Below, in pieces: positions 23,301 through 38,300 of a stretch of 64,000 nt of DNA. Where the stretch lies: contig OZ059896.1 of assembly GCA_964057225.1 (NCBI GenBank), positions 22,630,001-22,694,000 on the forward strand, read 5' to 3'. Positions within the stretch are counted from its first letter, which is position 1. Each line of letters starts with the position of its first letter. Made by a program: the position numbers and the translations under genes. Source of the stretch: Auanema rhodensis. Lineage: Eukaryota > Animalia > Nematoda. Below the pieces are notes generated by a model, which saw nothing but the letters and a program-made list of their open reading frames with translations, was not told the DNA's origin and did no database searches.

Positions 23301-26300
23301 TGGAAACTCAACATACACTAATGCATCATTTTTCAAACGATCATAACTAATTTTTGTATTAAGCGTTTCTCAATGTAGTATAGTGCATTCGATGCGGATT
23401 TTTAAGCTGCGTCGATCTGTGTTATCAGATTTGCGCTAGCTTAAAAATGCACCGAGATATCAACTGATATAAGTTCACACTTATATCCTCGATTTTCACC
23501 CTGAAGAATTAATTTTTTCGTAGAATAACATTGTCCATCGTCTTTGCCTTGAAAAAAGGAATCTAAAAACATCTACTTTTTGCTAAATTATTTTGAAATT
23601 TTTCGAAAAAATTTTTGTCAAAATGTTTTTGGAAGCAATGTTGAGTGTACATGGAAACTCAACATACACTAATGCATCATTTTTCAAACGATCATAACTA
23701 ATTTTTGTATTAAGCGTTTCTCAATGTAGTATAGTGCATTCGATGCGGATTTTTAAGCTGCGTCGATCTGTGTTATCAGATTTGCGCTAGCTTAAAAATG
23801 CACCGAGATATCAACTGATATAAGTTCACACTTATATCATCGATTTTCACCCTGAAGAATTAATTTTTTCGTTGAATAACATTGTCCATCGTCTTTGCCT
23901 TAAAAAAAAAAATCTAAAAACATCTACTTTTTGCTAAATTATTCTGAAATTTTTTGAAAACATTTTTGTCAAAATGTTTTTGGAAGCAATGTTGAGTGTA
24001 CATGGAAACTCAACATACACTAATGCATCATTTTTCAAACGATCATAACTAATTTTTGTATTAAGCGTTTCTCAATGTAGTATAGTGCATTCGATGCGGA
24101 TTTTTAAGCTGCGTCGATCTGTGTTATCAGATTTGCGCTAGCTTAAAAATGCACCGAGATATCAACTGATATAAGTTCACACTTATATCCTCGATTTTCA
24201 CCCTGAAGAATTAATTTTTTCGTAGAATAACATTGTCCATCGTCTTTGCCTTGAAAAAAGGAATCTAAAAACATCTACTTTTTGCTAAATTATTTTGAAA
24301 TTTTTCGAAAAAATTTTTGTCAAAATGTTTTTGGAAGCAATGTTGAGTGTACATGGAAACTCAACATACACTAATGCATCATTTTTCAAACGATCATAAC
24401 TAATTTTTGTATTAAGCGTTTCTCAATGTAGTATAGTGCATTCGATGCGGATTTTTAAGCTGCGTCGATCTGTGTTATCAGATTTGCGCTAGCTTAAAAA
24501 TGCACCGAGATATCAACTGATATAAGTTCACACTTATATCATCGATTTTCACCCTGAAGAATTAATTTTTTCGTTGAATAACATTGTCCATCGTCTTTGC
24601 CTTAAAAAAAAAAATCTAAAAACATCTACTTTTTGCTAAATTATTCTGAAATTTTTTGAAAACATTTTTGTCAAAATGTTTTTGGAAGCAATGTTGATTG
24701 TACATGGAAACTCAACATACACTAATGCATCATTTTTCAAACGATCATAACTAATTTTTGTATTGAGCGTTTCTCAATGTGGTATAGTGCATTCGATGCG
24801 GATTTTTAAGCTGCGTCGATCTGTGTTATCAGATTTGCGCTAGTTTAAAAATGCACCGAGATATCAACTGATATAAGTTCACACTTATATCCTCGATTTT
24901 CACCCTGAAGAATTGATTTTTTCGTTGAATAACATTGTCCATCGTTTTTGCCTTGAAAAAAGAAATCTAAAAACATCTACTTTTTGCTAAGTTATTTTGA
25001 AATTTTTCGAAAAAATTTTTGTCAAAATGTTTTTGGAAGCAATGTTGAGTGTACATGGAAACTCAACATACACTAATGCATCATTTTTCAAACGATCATA
25101 ACTAATTTCTGTATTAAGCGTTTCTCAATGTAGTATAGTGCATTCGATGCGGATTTTTAAGCTGCGTCGATCTGTGTTATCAGATTTGCGCTAGTTTAAA
25201 AATGCACCGAGATATCAACTGATATAAGTTCACACTTATAGCCTCGATTTTCACCCTGAAGAATTAATTTTTTCGTTGAATAACATTGTCCATCGTCTTT
25301 GCTTTGAAAAAAGGAATCTAAAAACATCTACTTTTTGCTAAATTATTTTGAAATTTTTCGAAAAAATTTTTGTCAAAATGTTTTTGGAAGCAATGTTGAG
25401 TGTACATGGAAACTCAACATACACTAATGCATCATTTTTCAAACGATCATAACTAATTTCTGTATTAAGCGTTTCTCAATGTAGTATAGTGCATTCGATG
25501 CGGATTTTTAAGCTGCGTCGATCTGTGTTATCAGATTTGCGCTAGCTTAAAAATGCACCGAGATATCAACTGATATAAGTTCACACTTATATCCTCGATT
25601 TTCACCCTGAAGAATTAATTTTTTCGTTGAATAACATTGTCCATCGTCTTTGCTTTGAAAAAAGGAATCTAAAAACATCTACTTTTTGCTAAATTATTTT
25701 GAAATTTTTCGAAAAAATTTTTGTCAAAATGTTTTTGGAAGTAATGTTGAGTGTACATGGAAACTCAACATACACTAATGCATCATTTTTCAAACGATCA
25801 TAACTAATTTTTGTATTAAGCGTTTCTCAATGTAGTATAGTGCATTCGATGCGGATTTTTAAGCTGCGTCGATCTGTGTTATCAGATTTGCGCTAGCGTA
25901 AAAATGCACCGAGATATCAACTGATATGAGTTCACACTTATATCCTCGATTTTCACCCTGAAGAATTAATTTTTTTGTTGAATAACATTGTCCATCGTCT
26001 TTGCCTTGAAAAAAGGAATCTAAAAACATCTACTTTTTGCTAAATTATTTTGAAATTTTTCGAAAAAATTTTTGTCAAAATGTTTTTGGAAGTAATGTTG
26101 AGTGTACATGGAAACTCAACATACACTAATGCATCATTTTTCAAACGATCATAACTAATTTTTGTATTAAGCGTTTCTCAATGTAGTATAGTGCATTCGA
26201 TGCGGATTTTTAAGCTGCGTCGATCTGTGTTATCAGATTTGCGCTAGTTTAAAAATGCACCGAGATATCAACTGATATAAGTTCACACTTATAGCCTCGA

Positions 26301-29300
26301 TTTTCACCCTGAAGAATTAATTTTTTCGTTGAATAACATTGTCCATCGTCTTTGCTTTGAAAAAAGGAATCTAAAAACATCTACTTTTTGCTAAATTATT
26401 TTGAAATTTTTCGAAAAAATTTTTGTCAAAATGTTTTTGGAAGCAATGTTGAGTGTACATGGAAACTCAACATACACTAATGCATCATTTTTCAAACGAT
26501 CATAACTAATTTTTGTATTAAGCGTTTCTCAATGTAGTATAGTGCATTCGATGCGGATTTTTAAGCTGCGTCGATCTGTGTTATCAGATTTGCGCTAGCT
26601 TAAAAATGCACCGAGATATCAACTGATATAAGTTCACACTTATATCATCGATTTTCACCCTGAAGAATTAATTTTTTCGTTGAATAACATTGTCCATCGT
26701 CTTTGCCTTAAAAAAAAAAATCTAAAAACATCTACTTTTTGCTAAATTATTCTGAAATTTTTTGAAAACATTTTTGTCAAAATGTTTTTGGAAGCAATGT
26801 TGATTGTACATGGAAACTCAACATACACTAATGCATCATTTTTCAAACGATCATAACTAATTTTTGTATTGAGCGTTTCTCAATGTGGTATAGTGCATTC
26901 GATGCGGATTTTTAAGCTGCGTCGATCTGTGTTATCAGATTTGCGCTAGTTTAAAAATGCACCGAGATATCAACTGATATAAGTTCACACTTATATCCTC
27001 GATTTTCACCCTGAAGAATTGATTTTTTCGTTGAATAACATTGTCCATCGTTTTTGCCTTGAAAAAAGAAATCTAAAAACATCTACTTTTTGCTAAGTTA
27101 TTTTGAAATTTTTCGAAAAAATTTTTGTCAAAATGTTTTTGGAAGCAATGTTGAGTGTACATGGAAACTCAACATACACTAATGCATCATTTTTCAAACG
27201 ATCATAACTAATTTCTGTATTAAGCGTTTCTCAATGTAGTATAGTGCATTCGATGCGGATTTTTAAGCTGCGTCGATCTGTGTTATCAGATTTGCGCTAG
27301 TTTAAAAATGCACCGAGATATCAACTGATATAAGTTCACACTTATAGCCTCGATTTTCACCCTGAAGAATTAATTTTTTCGTTGAATAACATTGTCCATC
27401 GTCTTTGCTTTGAAAAAAGGAATCTAAAAACATCTACTTTTTGCTAAATTATTTTGAAATTTTTCGAAAAAATTTTTGTCAAAATGTTTTTGGAAGCAAT
27501 GTTGAGTGTACATGGAAACTCAACATACACTAATGCATCATTTTTCAAACGATCATAACTAATTTCTGTATTAAGCGTTTCTCAATGTAGTATAGTGCAT
27601 TCGATGCGGATTTTTAAGCTGCGTCGATCTGTGTTATCAGATTTGCGCTAGCTTAAAAATGCACCGAGATATCAACTGATATAAGTTCACACTTATATCC
27701 TCGATTTTCACCCTGAAGAATTAATTTTTTCGTTGAATAACATTGTCCATCGTCTTTGCTTTGAAAAAAGGAATCTAAAAACATCTACTTTTTGCTAAAT
27801 TATTTTGAAATTTTTCGAAAAAATTTTTGTCAAAATGTTTTTGGAAGTAATGTTGAGTGTACATGGAAACTCAACATACACTAATGCATCATTTTTCAAA
27901 CGATCATAACTAATTTTTGTATTAAGCGTTTCTCAATGTAGTATAGTGCATTCGATGCGGATTTTTAAGCTGCGTCGATCTGTGTTATCAGATTTGCGCT
28001 AGCGTAAAAATGCACCGAGATATCAACTGATATGAGTTCACACTTATATCCTCGATTTTCACCCTGAAGAATTAATTTTTTTGTTGAATAACATTGTCCA
28101 TCGTCTTTGCCTTGAAAAAAGGAATCTAAAAACATCTACTTTTTGCTAAATTATTTTGAAATTTTTCGAAAAAATTTTTGTCAAAATGTTTTTGGAAGTA
28201 ATGTTGAGTGTACATGGAAACTCAACATACACTAATGCATCATTTTTCAAACGATCATAACTAATTTTTGTATTAAGCGTTTCTCAATGTAGTATAGTGC
28301 ATTCGATGCGGATTTTTAAGCTGCGTCGATCTGTGTTATCAGATTTGCGCTAGCTTAAAAATGCACCGAGATATCAACTGATATAAGTTCACACTTATAT
28401 CCTCGATTTTCACCCTGAAGAATTAATTTTTTCGTAGAATAACATTGTCCATCGTCTTTGCCTTGAAAAAAGGAATCTAAAAACATCTACTTTTTGCTAA
28501 ATTATTTTGAAATTTTTCGAAAAAATTTTTGTCAAAATGTTTTTGGAAGCAATGTTGAGTGTACATGGAAACTCAATATACACTAATGCATCATTTTTCA
28601 AACGATCATAACTAATTTTTGTATTAAGCGTTTCTCAATGTAGTATAGTGCATTCGATGCGGATTTTTAAGCTGCGTCGATCTGTGTTATCAGATTTGCG
28701 CTAGCTTAAAAATGCACCGAGATATCAACTGATATAAGTTCACACTTATATCATCGATTTTCACCCTGAAGAATTAATTTTTTCGTAGAATAACATTGTC
28801 CATCGTCTTTGCCTTGAAAAAAGGAATCTAAAAACATCTACTTTTTGCTAAATTATTTTGAAATTTTTCGAAAAAATTTTTGTCAAAATGTTTTTGGAAG
28901 CAATGTTGAGTGTACATGGAAACTCAACATACACTAATGCATCATTTTTCAAACGATCATAACTAATTTTTGTATTAAGCGTTTCTCAATGTAGTATAGT
29001 GCATTCGATGCGGATTTTTAAGCTGCGTCGATCTGTGTTATCAGATTTGCGCTAGCTTAAAAATGCACCGAGATATCAACTGATATAAGTTCACACTTAT
29101 ATCATCGATTTTCACCCTGAAGAATTAATTTTTTCGTTGAATAACATTGTCCATCGTCTTTGCCTTAAAAAAAAAAATTTAAAAACATCTACTTTTTGCT
29201 AAATTATTCTGAAATTTTTTGAAAACATTTTTGTCAAAATGTTTTTGGAAGCAATGTTGATTGTACATGGAAACTCAACATACACTAATGCATCATTTTT

Positions 29301-32300
29301 CAAACGATCATAACTAATTTTTGTATTAAGCGTTTCTCAATGTAGTATAGTGCATTCGATGCGGATTTTTAAGCTGCGTCGATCTGTGTTATCAGATTTG
29401 CGCTAGCTTAAAAATGCACCGAGATATCAACTGATATAAGTTCACACTTATAGCCTCGATTTTCACCCTGAAGAATTAATTTTTTCGTTGAATAACATTG
29501 TCCATCGTCTTTGCTTTGAAAAAAGGAATCTAAAAACATCTACTTTTTGCTAAATTATTTTGAAATTTTTCGAAAAAATTTTTGTCAAAATGTTTTTGGA
29601 AGCAATGTTGAGTGTACATGGAAACTCAACATACACTAATGCATCATTTTTCAAACGATCATAACTAATTTCTGTATTAAGCGTTTCTCAATGTAGTATA
29701 GTGCATTCGATGCGGATTTTTAAGCTGCGTCGATCTGTGTTATCAGATTTGCGCTAGCTTAAAAATGCACCGAGATATCAACTGATATAAGTTCACACTT
29801 ATAGCCTCGATTTTCACCCTGAAGAATTAATTTTTTCGTTGAATAACATTGTCCATCGTCTTTGCTTTGAAAAAAGGAATCTAAAAACATCTAATTTTGC
29901 TAAATTATTTTGAAATTTTTCGAAAAAATTTTTGTCAAAATGTTTTTGGAAGCAATGTTGAGTGTACATGGAAACTCAACATACACTAATGCATCATTTT
30001 TCAAACGATCATAACTAATTTCTGTATTAAGCGTTTCTCAATGTAGTATAGTGCATTCGATGCGGATTTTTAAGCTGCGTCGATCTGTGTTATCAGATTT
30101 GCGCTAGCTTAAAAATGCACCGAGATATCAACTGATATAAGTTCACACTTATATCCTCGATTTTCACCCTGAAGAATTAATTTTTTCGTTGAATAACATT
30201 GTCCATCGTCTTTGCCTTGAAAAAAGGAATCTAAAAACATCTACTTTTTGCTAAATTATTTTGAAATTTTTCGAAAAAATTTTTGTCAAAATGTTTTTGG
30301 AAGTAATGTTGAGTGTACATGGAAACTCAACATACACTAATGCATCATTTTTCAAACGATCATAACTAATTTTTGTATTAAGCGTTTCTCAATGTAGTAT
30401 AGTGCATTCGATGCGGATTTTTAAGCTGCGTCGATCTGTGTTATCAGATTTGCGCTAGCTTAAAAATGCACCGAGATATCAACTGATATAAGTTCACACT
30501 TATATCCTCGATTTTCACCCTGAAGAATTAATTTTTTCGTTGAATAACATTGTCCATCGTCTTTGCTTTGAAAAAAGGAATCTAAAAACATCTAATTTTG
30601 CTAAATTATTTTGAAATTTTTCGAAAAAATTTTTGTCAAAATGTTTTTGGAAGCAATGTTGAGTGTACATGGAAACTCAACATACACTAATGCATCATTT
30701 TTCAAACGATCATAACTAATTTCTGTATTAAGCGTTTCTCAATGTAGTATAGTGCATTCGATGCGGATTTTTAAGCTGCGTCGATCTGTGTTATCAGATT
30801 TGCGCTAGCTTAAAAATGCACCGAGATATCAACTGATATAAGTTCACACTTATATCCTCGATTTTCACCCTGAAGAATTAATTTTTTCGTTGAATAACAT
30901 TGTCCATCGTCTTTGCCTTGAAAAAAGGAATCTAAAAACATCTACTTTTTGCTAAATTATTTTGAAATTTTTCGAAAAAATTTTTGTCAAAATGTTTTTG
31001 GAAGTAATGTTGAGTGTACATGGAAACTCAACATACACTAATGCATCATTTTTCAAACGATCATAACTAATTTTTGTATTAAGCGTTTCTCAATGTAGTA
31101 TAGTGCATTCGATGCGGATTTTTAAGCTGCGTCGATCTGTGTTATCAGATTTGCGCTAGCTTAAAAATGCACCGAGATATCAACTGATATAAGTTCACAC
31201 TTATATCCTCGATTTTCACCCTGAAGAATTAATTTTTTCGTTGAAGAACATTGTCCATCGTCTTTGCCTTGAAAAAAGGAATCTAAAAACATCTACTTTT
31301 TGCTAAATTATTTTGAAATTTTTCGAAAAAATTTTTGTCAAAATGTTTTTGGAAGTAATGTTGAGTGTACATGGAAACTCAACATACACTAATGCATCAT
31401 TTTTCAAACGATCATAACTAATTTTTGTATTAAGCGTTTCTCAATGTAGTATAGTTCATTCGATGCGGATTTTTAAGCTGCGTCGATCTGTGTTATCAGA
31501 TTTGCGCTAGCTTAAAAATGCACCGAGATATCAACTGATATAAGTTCACACTTATATCCTCGATTTTCACCCTGAAGAATTGATTTTTTCGTTGAATAAC
31601 ATTGTCCATCGTTTTTGCCTTGAAAAAAGAAATCTAAAAACATCTACTTTTTGCTAAGTTATTCTGAAATTTTTTGAAAACATTTTTGTCAAAATGTTTT
31701 TGGAAGCAATGTTGATTGTACATGGAAACTCAACATACACTAATGCATCATTTTTCAAACGATCATAACTAATTTTTGTATTAAGCGTTTCTCAATGTAG
31801 TATAGTGCATTCGATGCGGATTTTTAAGCTGCGTCGATCTGTGTTATCAGATTTGCGCTAGCTTAAAAATGCACCGAGATATCAACTGATATAAGTTCAC
31901 ACTTTTAGCCTCGATTTTCACCCTGAAGAATTAATTTTTTCGTTGAATAACATTGTCCATCGTCTTTGCTTTGAAAAAAGGAATCTAAAAACATCTACTT
32001 TTTGCTAAATTATTTTGAAATTTTTCGAAAAAATTTTTGTCAAAATGTTTTTGGAAGCAATGTTGAGTGTACATGGAAACTCAACATACACTAATGCATC
32101 ATTTTTCAAACGATCATAACTAATTTCTGTATTAAGCGTTTCTCAATGTAGTATAGTGCATTCGATGCGGATTTTTAAGCTGCGTCGATCTGTGTTATCA
32201 GATTTGCGCTAGCTTAAAAATGCACCGAGATATCAACTGATATAAGTTCACACTTATAGCCTCGATTTTCACCCTGAAGAATTAATTTTTTCGTTGAATA

Positions 32301-35300
32301 ACATTGTCCATCGTCTTTGCTTTGAAAAAAGGAATCTAAAAACATCTAATTTTGCTAAATTATTTTGAAATTTTTCGAAAAAATTTTTGTCAAAATGTTT
32401 TTGGAAGCAATGTTGAGTGTACATGGAAACTCAACATACACTAATGCATCATTTTTCAAACGATCATAACTAATTTCTGTATTAAGCGTTTCTCAATGTA
32501 GTATAGTGCATTCGATGCGGATTTTTAAGCTGCGTCGATCTGTGTTATCAGATTTGCGCTAGCTTAAAAATGCACCGAGATATCAACTGATATAAGTTCA
32601 CACTTATATCCTCGATTTTCACCCTGAAGAATTAATTTTTTCGTTGAATAACATTGTCCATCGTCTTTGCCTTGAAAAAAGGAATCTAAAAACATCTACT
32701 TTTTGCTAAATTATTTTGAAATTTTTCGAAAAAATTTTTGTCAAAATGTTTTTGGAAGTAATGTTGAGTGTACATGGAAACTCAACATACACTAATGCAT
32801 CATTTTTCAAACGATCATAACTAATTTTTGTATTAAGCGTTTCTCAATGTAGTATAGTGCATTCGATGCGGATTTTTAAGCTGCGTCGATCTGTGTTATC
32901 AGATTTGCGCTAGCTTAAAAATGCACCGAGATATCAACTGATATAAGTTCACACTTATATCCTCGATTTTCACCCTGAAGAATTAATTTTTTCGTTGAAT
33001 AACATTGTCCATCGTCTTTGCCTTGAAAAAAGGAATCTAAAAACATCTACTTTTTGCTAAATTATTTTGAAATTTTTCGAAAAAATTTTTGTCAAAATGT
33101 TTTTGGAAGTAATGTTGAGTGTACATGGAAACTCAACATACACTAATGCATCATTTTTCAAACGATCATAACTAATTTTTGTATTAAGCGTTTCTCAATG
33201 TAGTATAGTGCATTCGATGCGGATTTTTAAGCTGCGTCGATCTGTGTTATCAGATTTGCGCTAGCTTAAAAATGCACCGAGATATCAACTGATATAAGTT
33301 CACACTTATATCCTCGATTTTCACCCTGAAGAATTAATTTTTTCGTAGAATAACATTGTCCATCGTCTTTGCCTTGAAAAAAGGAATCTAAAAACATCTA
33401 CTTTTTGCTAAATTATTTTGAAATTTTTCGAAAAAATTTTTGTCAAAATGTTTTTGGAAGCAATGTTGAGTGTACATGGAAACTCAACATACACTAATGC
33501 ATCATTTTTCAAACGATCATAACTAATTTTTGTATTAAGCGTTTCTCAATGTAGTATAGTGCATTCGATGCGGATTTTTAAGCTGCGTCGATCTGTGTTA
33601 TCAGATTTGCGCTAGCTTAAAAATGCACCGAGATATCAACTGATATAAGTTCACACTTATATCCTCGATTTTCACCCTGAAGAATTGATTTTTTCGTTGA
33701 ATAACATTGTCCATCGTTTTTGCCTTGAAAAAAGAAATCTAAAAACATCTACTTTTTGCTAAGTTATTCTGAAATTTTTTGAAAACATTTTTGTCAAAAT
33801 GTTTTTGGAAGCAATGTTGATTGTACATGGAAACTCAACATACACTAATGCATCATTTTTCAAACGATCATAACTAATTTTTGTATTAAGCGTTTCTCAA
33901 TGTAGTATAGTGCATTCGATGCGGATTTTTAAGCTGCGTCGATCTGTGTTATCAGATTTGCGCTAGCTTAAAAATGCACCGAGATATCAACTGATATAAG
34001 TTCACACTTATAGCCTCGATTTTCACCCTGAAGAATTAATTTTTTCGTTGAATAACATTGTCCATCGTCTTTGCTTTGAAAAAAGGAATCTAAAAACATC
34101 TACTTTTTGCTAAATTATTTTGAAATTTTTCGAAAAAATTTTTGTCAAAATGTTTTTGGAAGCAATGTTGAGTGTACATGGAAACTCAACATACACTAAT
34201 GCATCATTTTTCAAACGATCATAACTAATTTTTGTATTAAGCGTTTCTCAATGTAGTATAGTGCATTCGATGCGGATTTTTAAGCTGCGTCGATCTGTGT
34301 TATCAGATTTGCGCTAGCTTAAAAATGCACCGAGATATCAACTGATATAAGTTCACACTTATAGCCTCGATTTTCACCCTGAAGAATTAATTTTTTCGTT
34401 GAATAACATTGTCCATCGTCTTTGCTTTGAAAAAAGGAATCTAAAAACATCTAATTTTTGCTAAATTATTTTGAAATTTTTCGAAAAAATTTTTGTCAAA
34501 ATGTTTTTGGAAGCAATGTTGAGTGTACATGGAAACTCAACATACACTAATGCATCATTTTTCAAACGATCATAACTAATTTCTGTATTAAGCGTTTCTC
34601 AATGTAGTATAGTGCATTCGATGCGGATTTTTAAGCTGCGTCGATCTGTGTTATCAGATTTGCGCTAGCTTAAAAATGCACCGAGATATCAACTGATATA
34701 AGTTCACACTTATAGCCTCGATTTTCACCCTGAAGAATTAATTTTTTCGTTGAATAACATTGTCCATCGTCTTTGCTTTGAAAAAAGGAATCTAAAAACA
34801 TCTAATTTTGCTAAATTATTTTGAAATTTTTCGAAAAAATTTTTGTCAAAATGTTTTTGGAAGCAATGTTGAGTGTACATGGAAACTCAACATACACTAA
34901 TGCATCATTTTTCAAACGATCATAACTAATTTCTGTATTAAGCGTTTCTCAATGTAGTATAGTGCATTCGATGCGGATTTTTAAGCTGCGTCGATCTGTG
35001 TTATCAGATTTGCGCTAGCTTAAAAATGCACCGAGATATCAACTGATATAAGTTCACACTTATATCCTCGATTTTCACCCTGAAGAATTAATTTTTTCGT
35101 TGAATAACATTGTCCATCGTCTTTGCCTTGAAAAAAGGAATCTAAAAACATCTACTTTTTGCTAAATTATTTTGAAATTTTTCGAAAAAATTTTTGTCAA
35201 AATGTTTTTGGAAGTAATGTTGAGTGTACATGGAAACTCAACATACACTAATGCATCATTTTTCAAACGATCATAACTAATTTTTGTATTAAGCGTTTCT

Positions 35301-38300
35301 CAATGTAGTATAGTGCATTCGATGCGGATTTTTAAGCTGCGTCGATCTGTGTTATCAGATTTGCGCTAGCTTAAAAATGCACCGAGATATCAACTGATAT
35401 AAGTTCACACTTATATCCTCGATTTTCACCCTGAAGAATTAATTTTTTCGTTGAATAACATTGTCCATCGTCTTTGCCTTGAAAAAAGGAATCTAAAAAC
35501 ATCTACTTTTTGCTAAATTATTTTGAAATTTTTCGAAAAAATTTTTGTCAAAATGTTTTTGGAAGTAATGTTGAGTGTACATGGAAACTCAACATACACT
35601 AATGCATCATTTTTCAAACGATCATAACTAATTTTTGTATTAAGCGTTTCTCAATGTAGTATAGTGCATTCGATGCGGATTTTTAAGCTGCGTCGATCTG
35701 TGTTATCAGATTTGCGCTAGCTTAAAAATGCACCGAGATATCAACTGATATAAGTTCACACTTATATCCTCGATTTTCACCCTGAAGAATTAATTTTTTC
35801 GTAGAATAACATTGTCCATCGTCTTTGCCTTGAAAAAAGGAATCTAAAAACATCTACTTTTTGCTAAATTATTTTGAAATTTTTCGAAAAAATTTTTGTC
35901 AAAATGTTTTTGGAAGCAATGTTGAGTGTACATGGAAACTCAACATACACTAATGCATCATTTTTCAAACGATCATAACTAATTTTTGTATTAAGCGTTT
36001 CTCAATGTAGTATAGTGCATTCGATGCGGATTTTTAAGCTGCGTCGATCTGTGTTATCAGATTTGCGCTAGCTTAAAAATGCACCGAGATATCAACTGAT
36101 ATAAGTTCACACTTATATCCTCGATTTTCACCCTGAAGAATTAATTTTTTCGTAGAATAACATTGTCCATCGTCTTTGCCTTGAAAAAAGGAATCTAAAA
36201 ACATCTACTTTTTGCTAAATTATTTTGAAATTTTTCGAAAAAATTTTTGTCAAAATGTTTTTGGAAGCAATGTTGAGTGTACATGGAAACTCAATATACA
36301 CTAATGCATCATTTTTCAAACGATCATAACTAATTTTTGTATTAAGCGTTTCTCAATGTAGTATAGTGCATTCGATGCGGATTTTTAAGCTGCGTCGATC
36401 TGTGTTATCAGATTTGCGCTAGCTTAAAAATGCACCGAGATATCAACTGATATAAGTTCACACTTATATCATCGATTTTCACCCTGAAGAATTAATTTTT
36501 TCGTAGAATAACATTGTCCATCGTCTTTGCCTTGAAAAAAGGAATCTAAAAACATCTACTTTTTGCTAAATTATTTTGAAATTTTTCGAAAAAATTTTTG
36601 TCAAAATGTTTTTGGAAGCAATGTTGAGTGTACATGGAAACTCAACATACACTAATGCATCATTTTTCAAACGATCATAACTAATTTTTGTATTAAGCGT
36701 TTCTCAATGTAGTATAGTGCATTCGATGCGGATTTTTAAGCTGCGTCGATCTGTGTTATCAGATTTGCGCTAGCTTAAAAATGCACCGAGATATCAACTG
36801 ATATAAGTTCACACTTATATCATCGATTTTCACCCTGAAGAATTAATTTTTTCGTTGAATAACATTGTCCATCGTCTTTGCCTTAAAAAAAAAAATTTAA
36901 AAACATCTACTTTTTGCTAAATTATTCTGAAATTTTTTGAAAACATTTTTGTCAAAATGTTTTTGGAAGCAATGTTGATTGTACATGGAAACTCAACATA
37001 CACTAATGCATCATTTTTCAAACGATCATAACTAATTTTTGTATTAAGCGTTTCTCAATGTAGTATAGTGCATTCGATGCGGATTTTTAAGCTGCGTCGA
37101 TCTGTGTTATCAGATTTGCGCTAGCTTAAAAATGCACCGAGATATCAACTGATATAAGTTCACACTTATAGCCTCGATTTTCACCCTGAAGAATTAATTT
37201 TTTCGTTGAATAACATTGTCCATCGTCTTTGCTTTGAAAAAAGGAATCTAAAAACATCTACTTTTTGCTAAATTATTTTGAAATTTTTCGAAAAAATTTT
37301 TGTCAAAATGTTTTTGGAAGCAATGTTGAGTGTACATGGAAACTCAACATACACTAATGCATCATTTTTCAAACGATCATAACTAATTTCTGTATTAAGC
37401 GTTTCTCAATGTAGTATAGTGCATTCGATGCGGATTTTTAAGCTGCGTCGATCTGTGTTATCAGATTTGCGCTAGCTTAAAAATGCACCGAGATATCAAC
37501 TGATATAAGTTCACACTTATAGCCTCGATTTTCACCCTGAAGAATTAATTTTTTCGTTGAATAACTTTGTCCATCGTCTTTGCTTTGAAAAAAGGAATCT
37601 AAAAACATCTAATTTTGCTAAATTATTTTGAAATTTTTCGAAAAAATTTTTGTCAAAATGTTTTTGGAAGCAATGTTGAGTGTACATGGAAACTCAACAT
37701 ACACTAATGCATCATTTTTCAAACGATCATAACTAATTTCTGTATTAAGCGTTTCTCAATGTAGTATAGTGCATTCGATGCGGATTTTTAAGCTGCGTCG
37801 ATCTGTGTTATCAGATTTGCGCTAGCTTAAAAATGCACCGAGATATCAACTGATATAAGTTCACACTTATATCCTCGATTTTCACCCTGAAGAATTAATT
37901 TTTTCGTTGAATAACATTGTCCATCGTCTTTGCCTTGAAAAAAGGAATCTAAAAACATCTACTTTTTGCTAAATTATTTTGAAATTTTTCGAAAAAATTT
38001 TTGTCAAAATGTTTTTGGAAGTAATGTTGAGTGTACATGGAAACTCAACATACACTAATGCATCATTTTTCAAACGATCATAACTAATTTTTGTATTAAG
38101 CGTTTCTCAATGTAGTATAGTGCATTCGATGCGGATTTTTAAGCTGCGTCGATCTGTGTTATCAGATTTGCGCTAGCTTAAAAATGCACCGAGATATCAA
38201 CTGATATAAGTTCACACTTATATCCTCGATTTTCACCCTGAAGAATTAATTTTTTCGTTGAATAACATTGTCCATCGTCTTTGCCTTGAAAAAAGGAATC

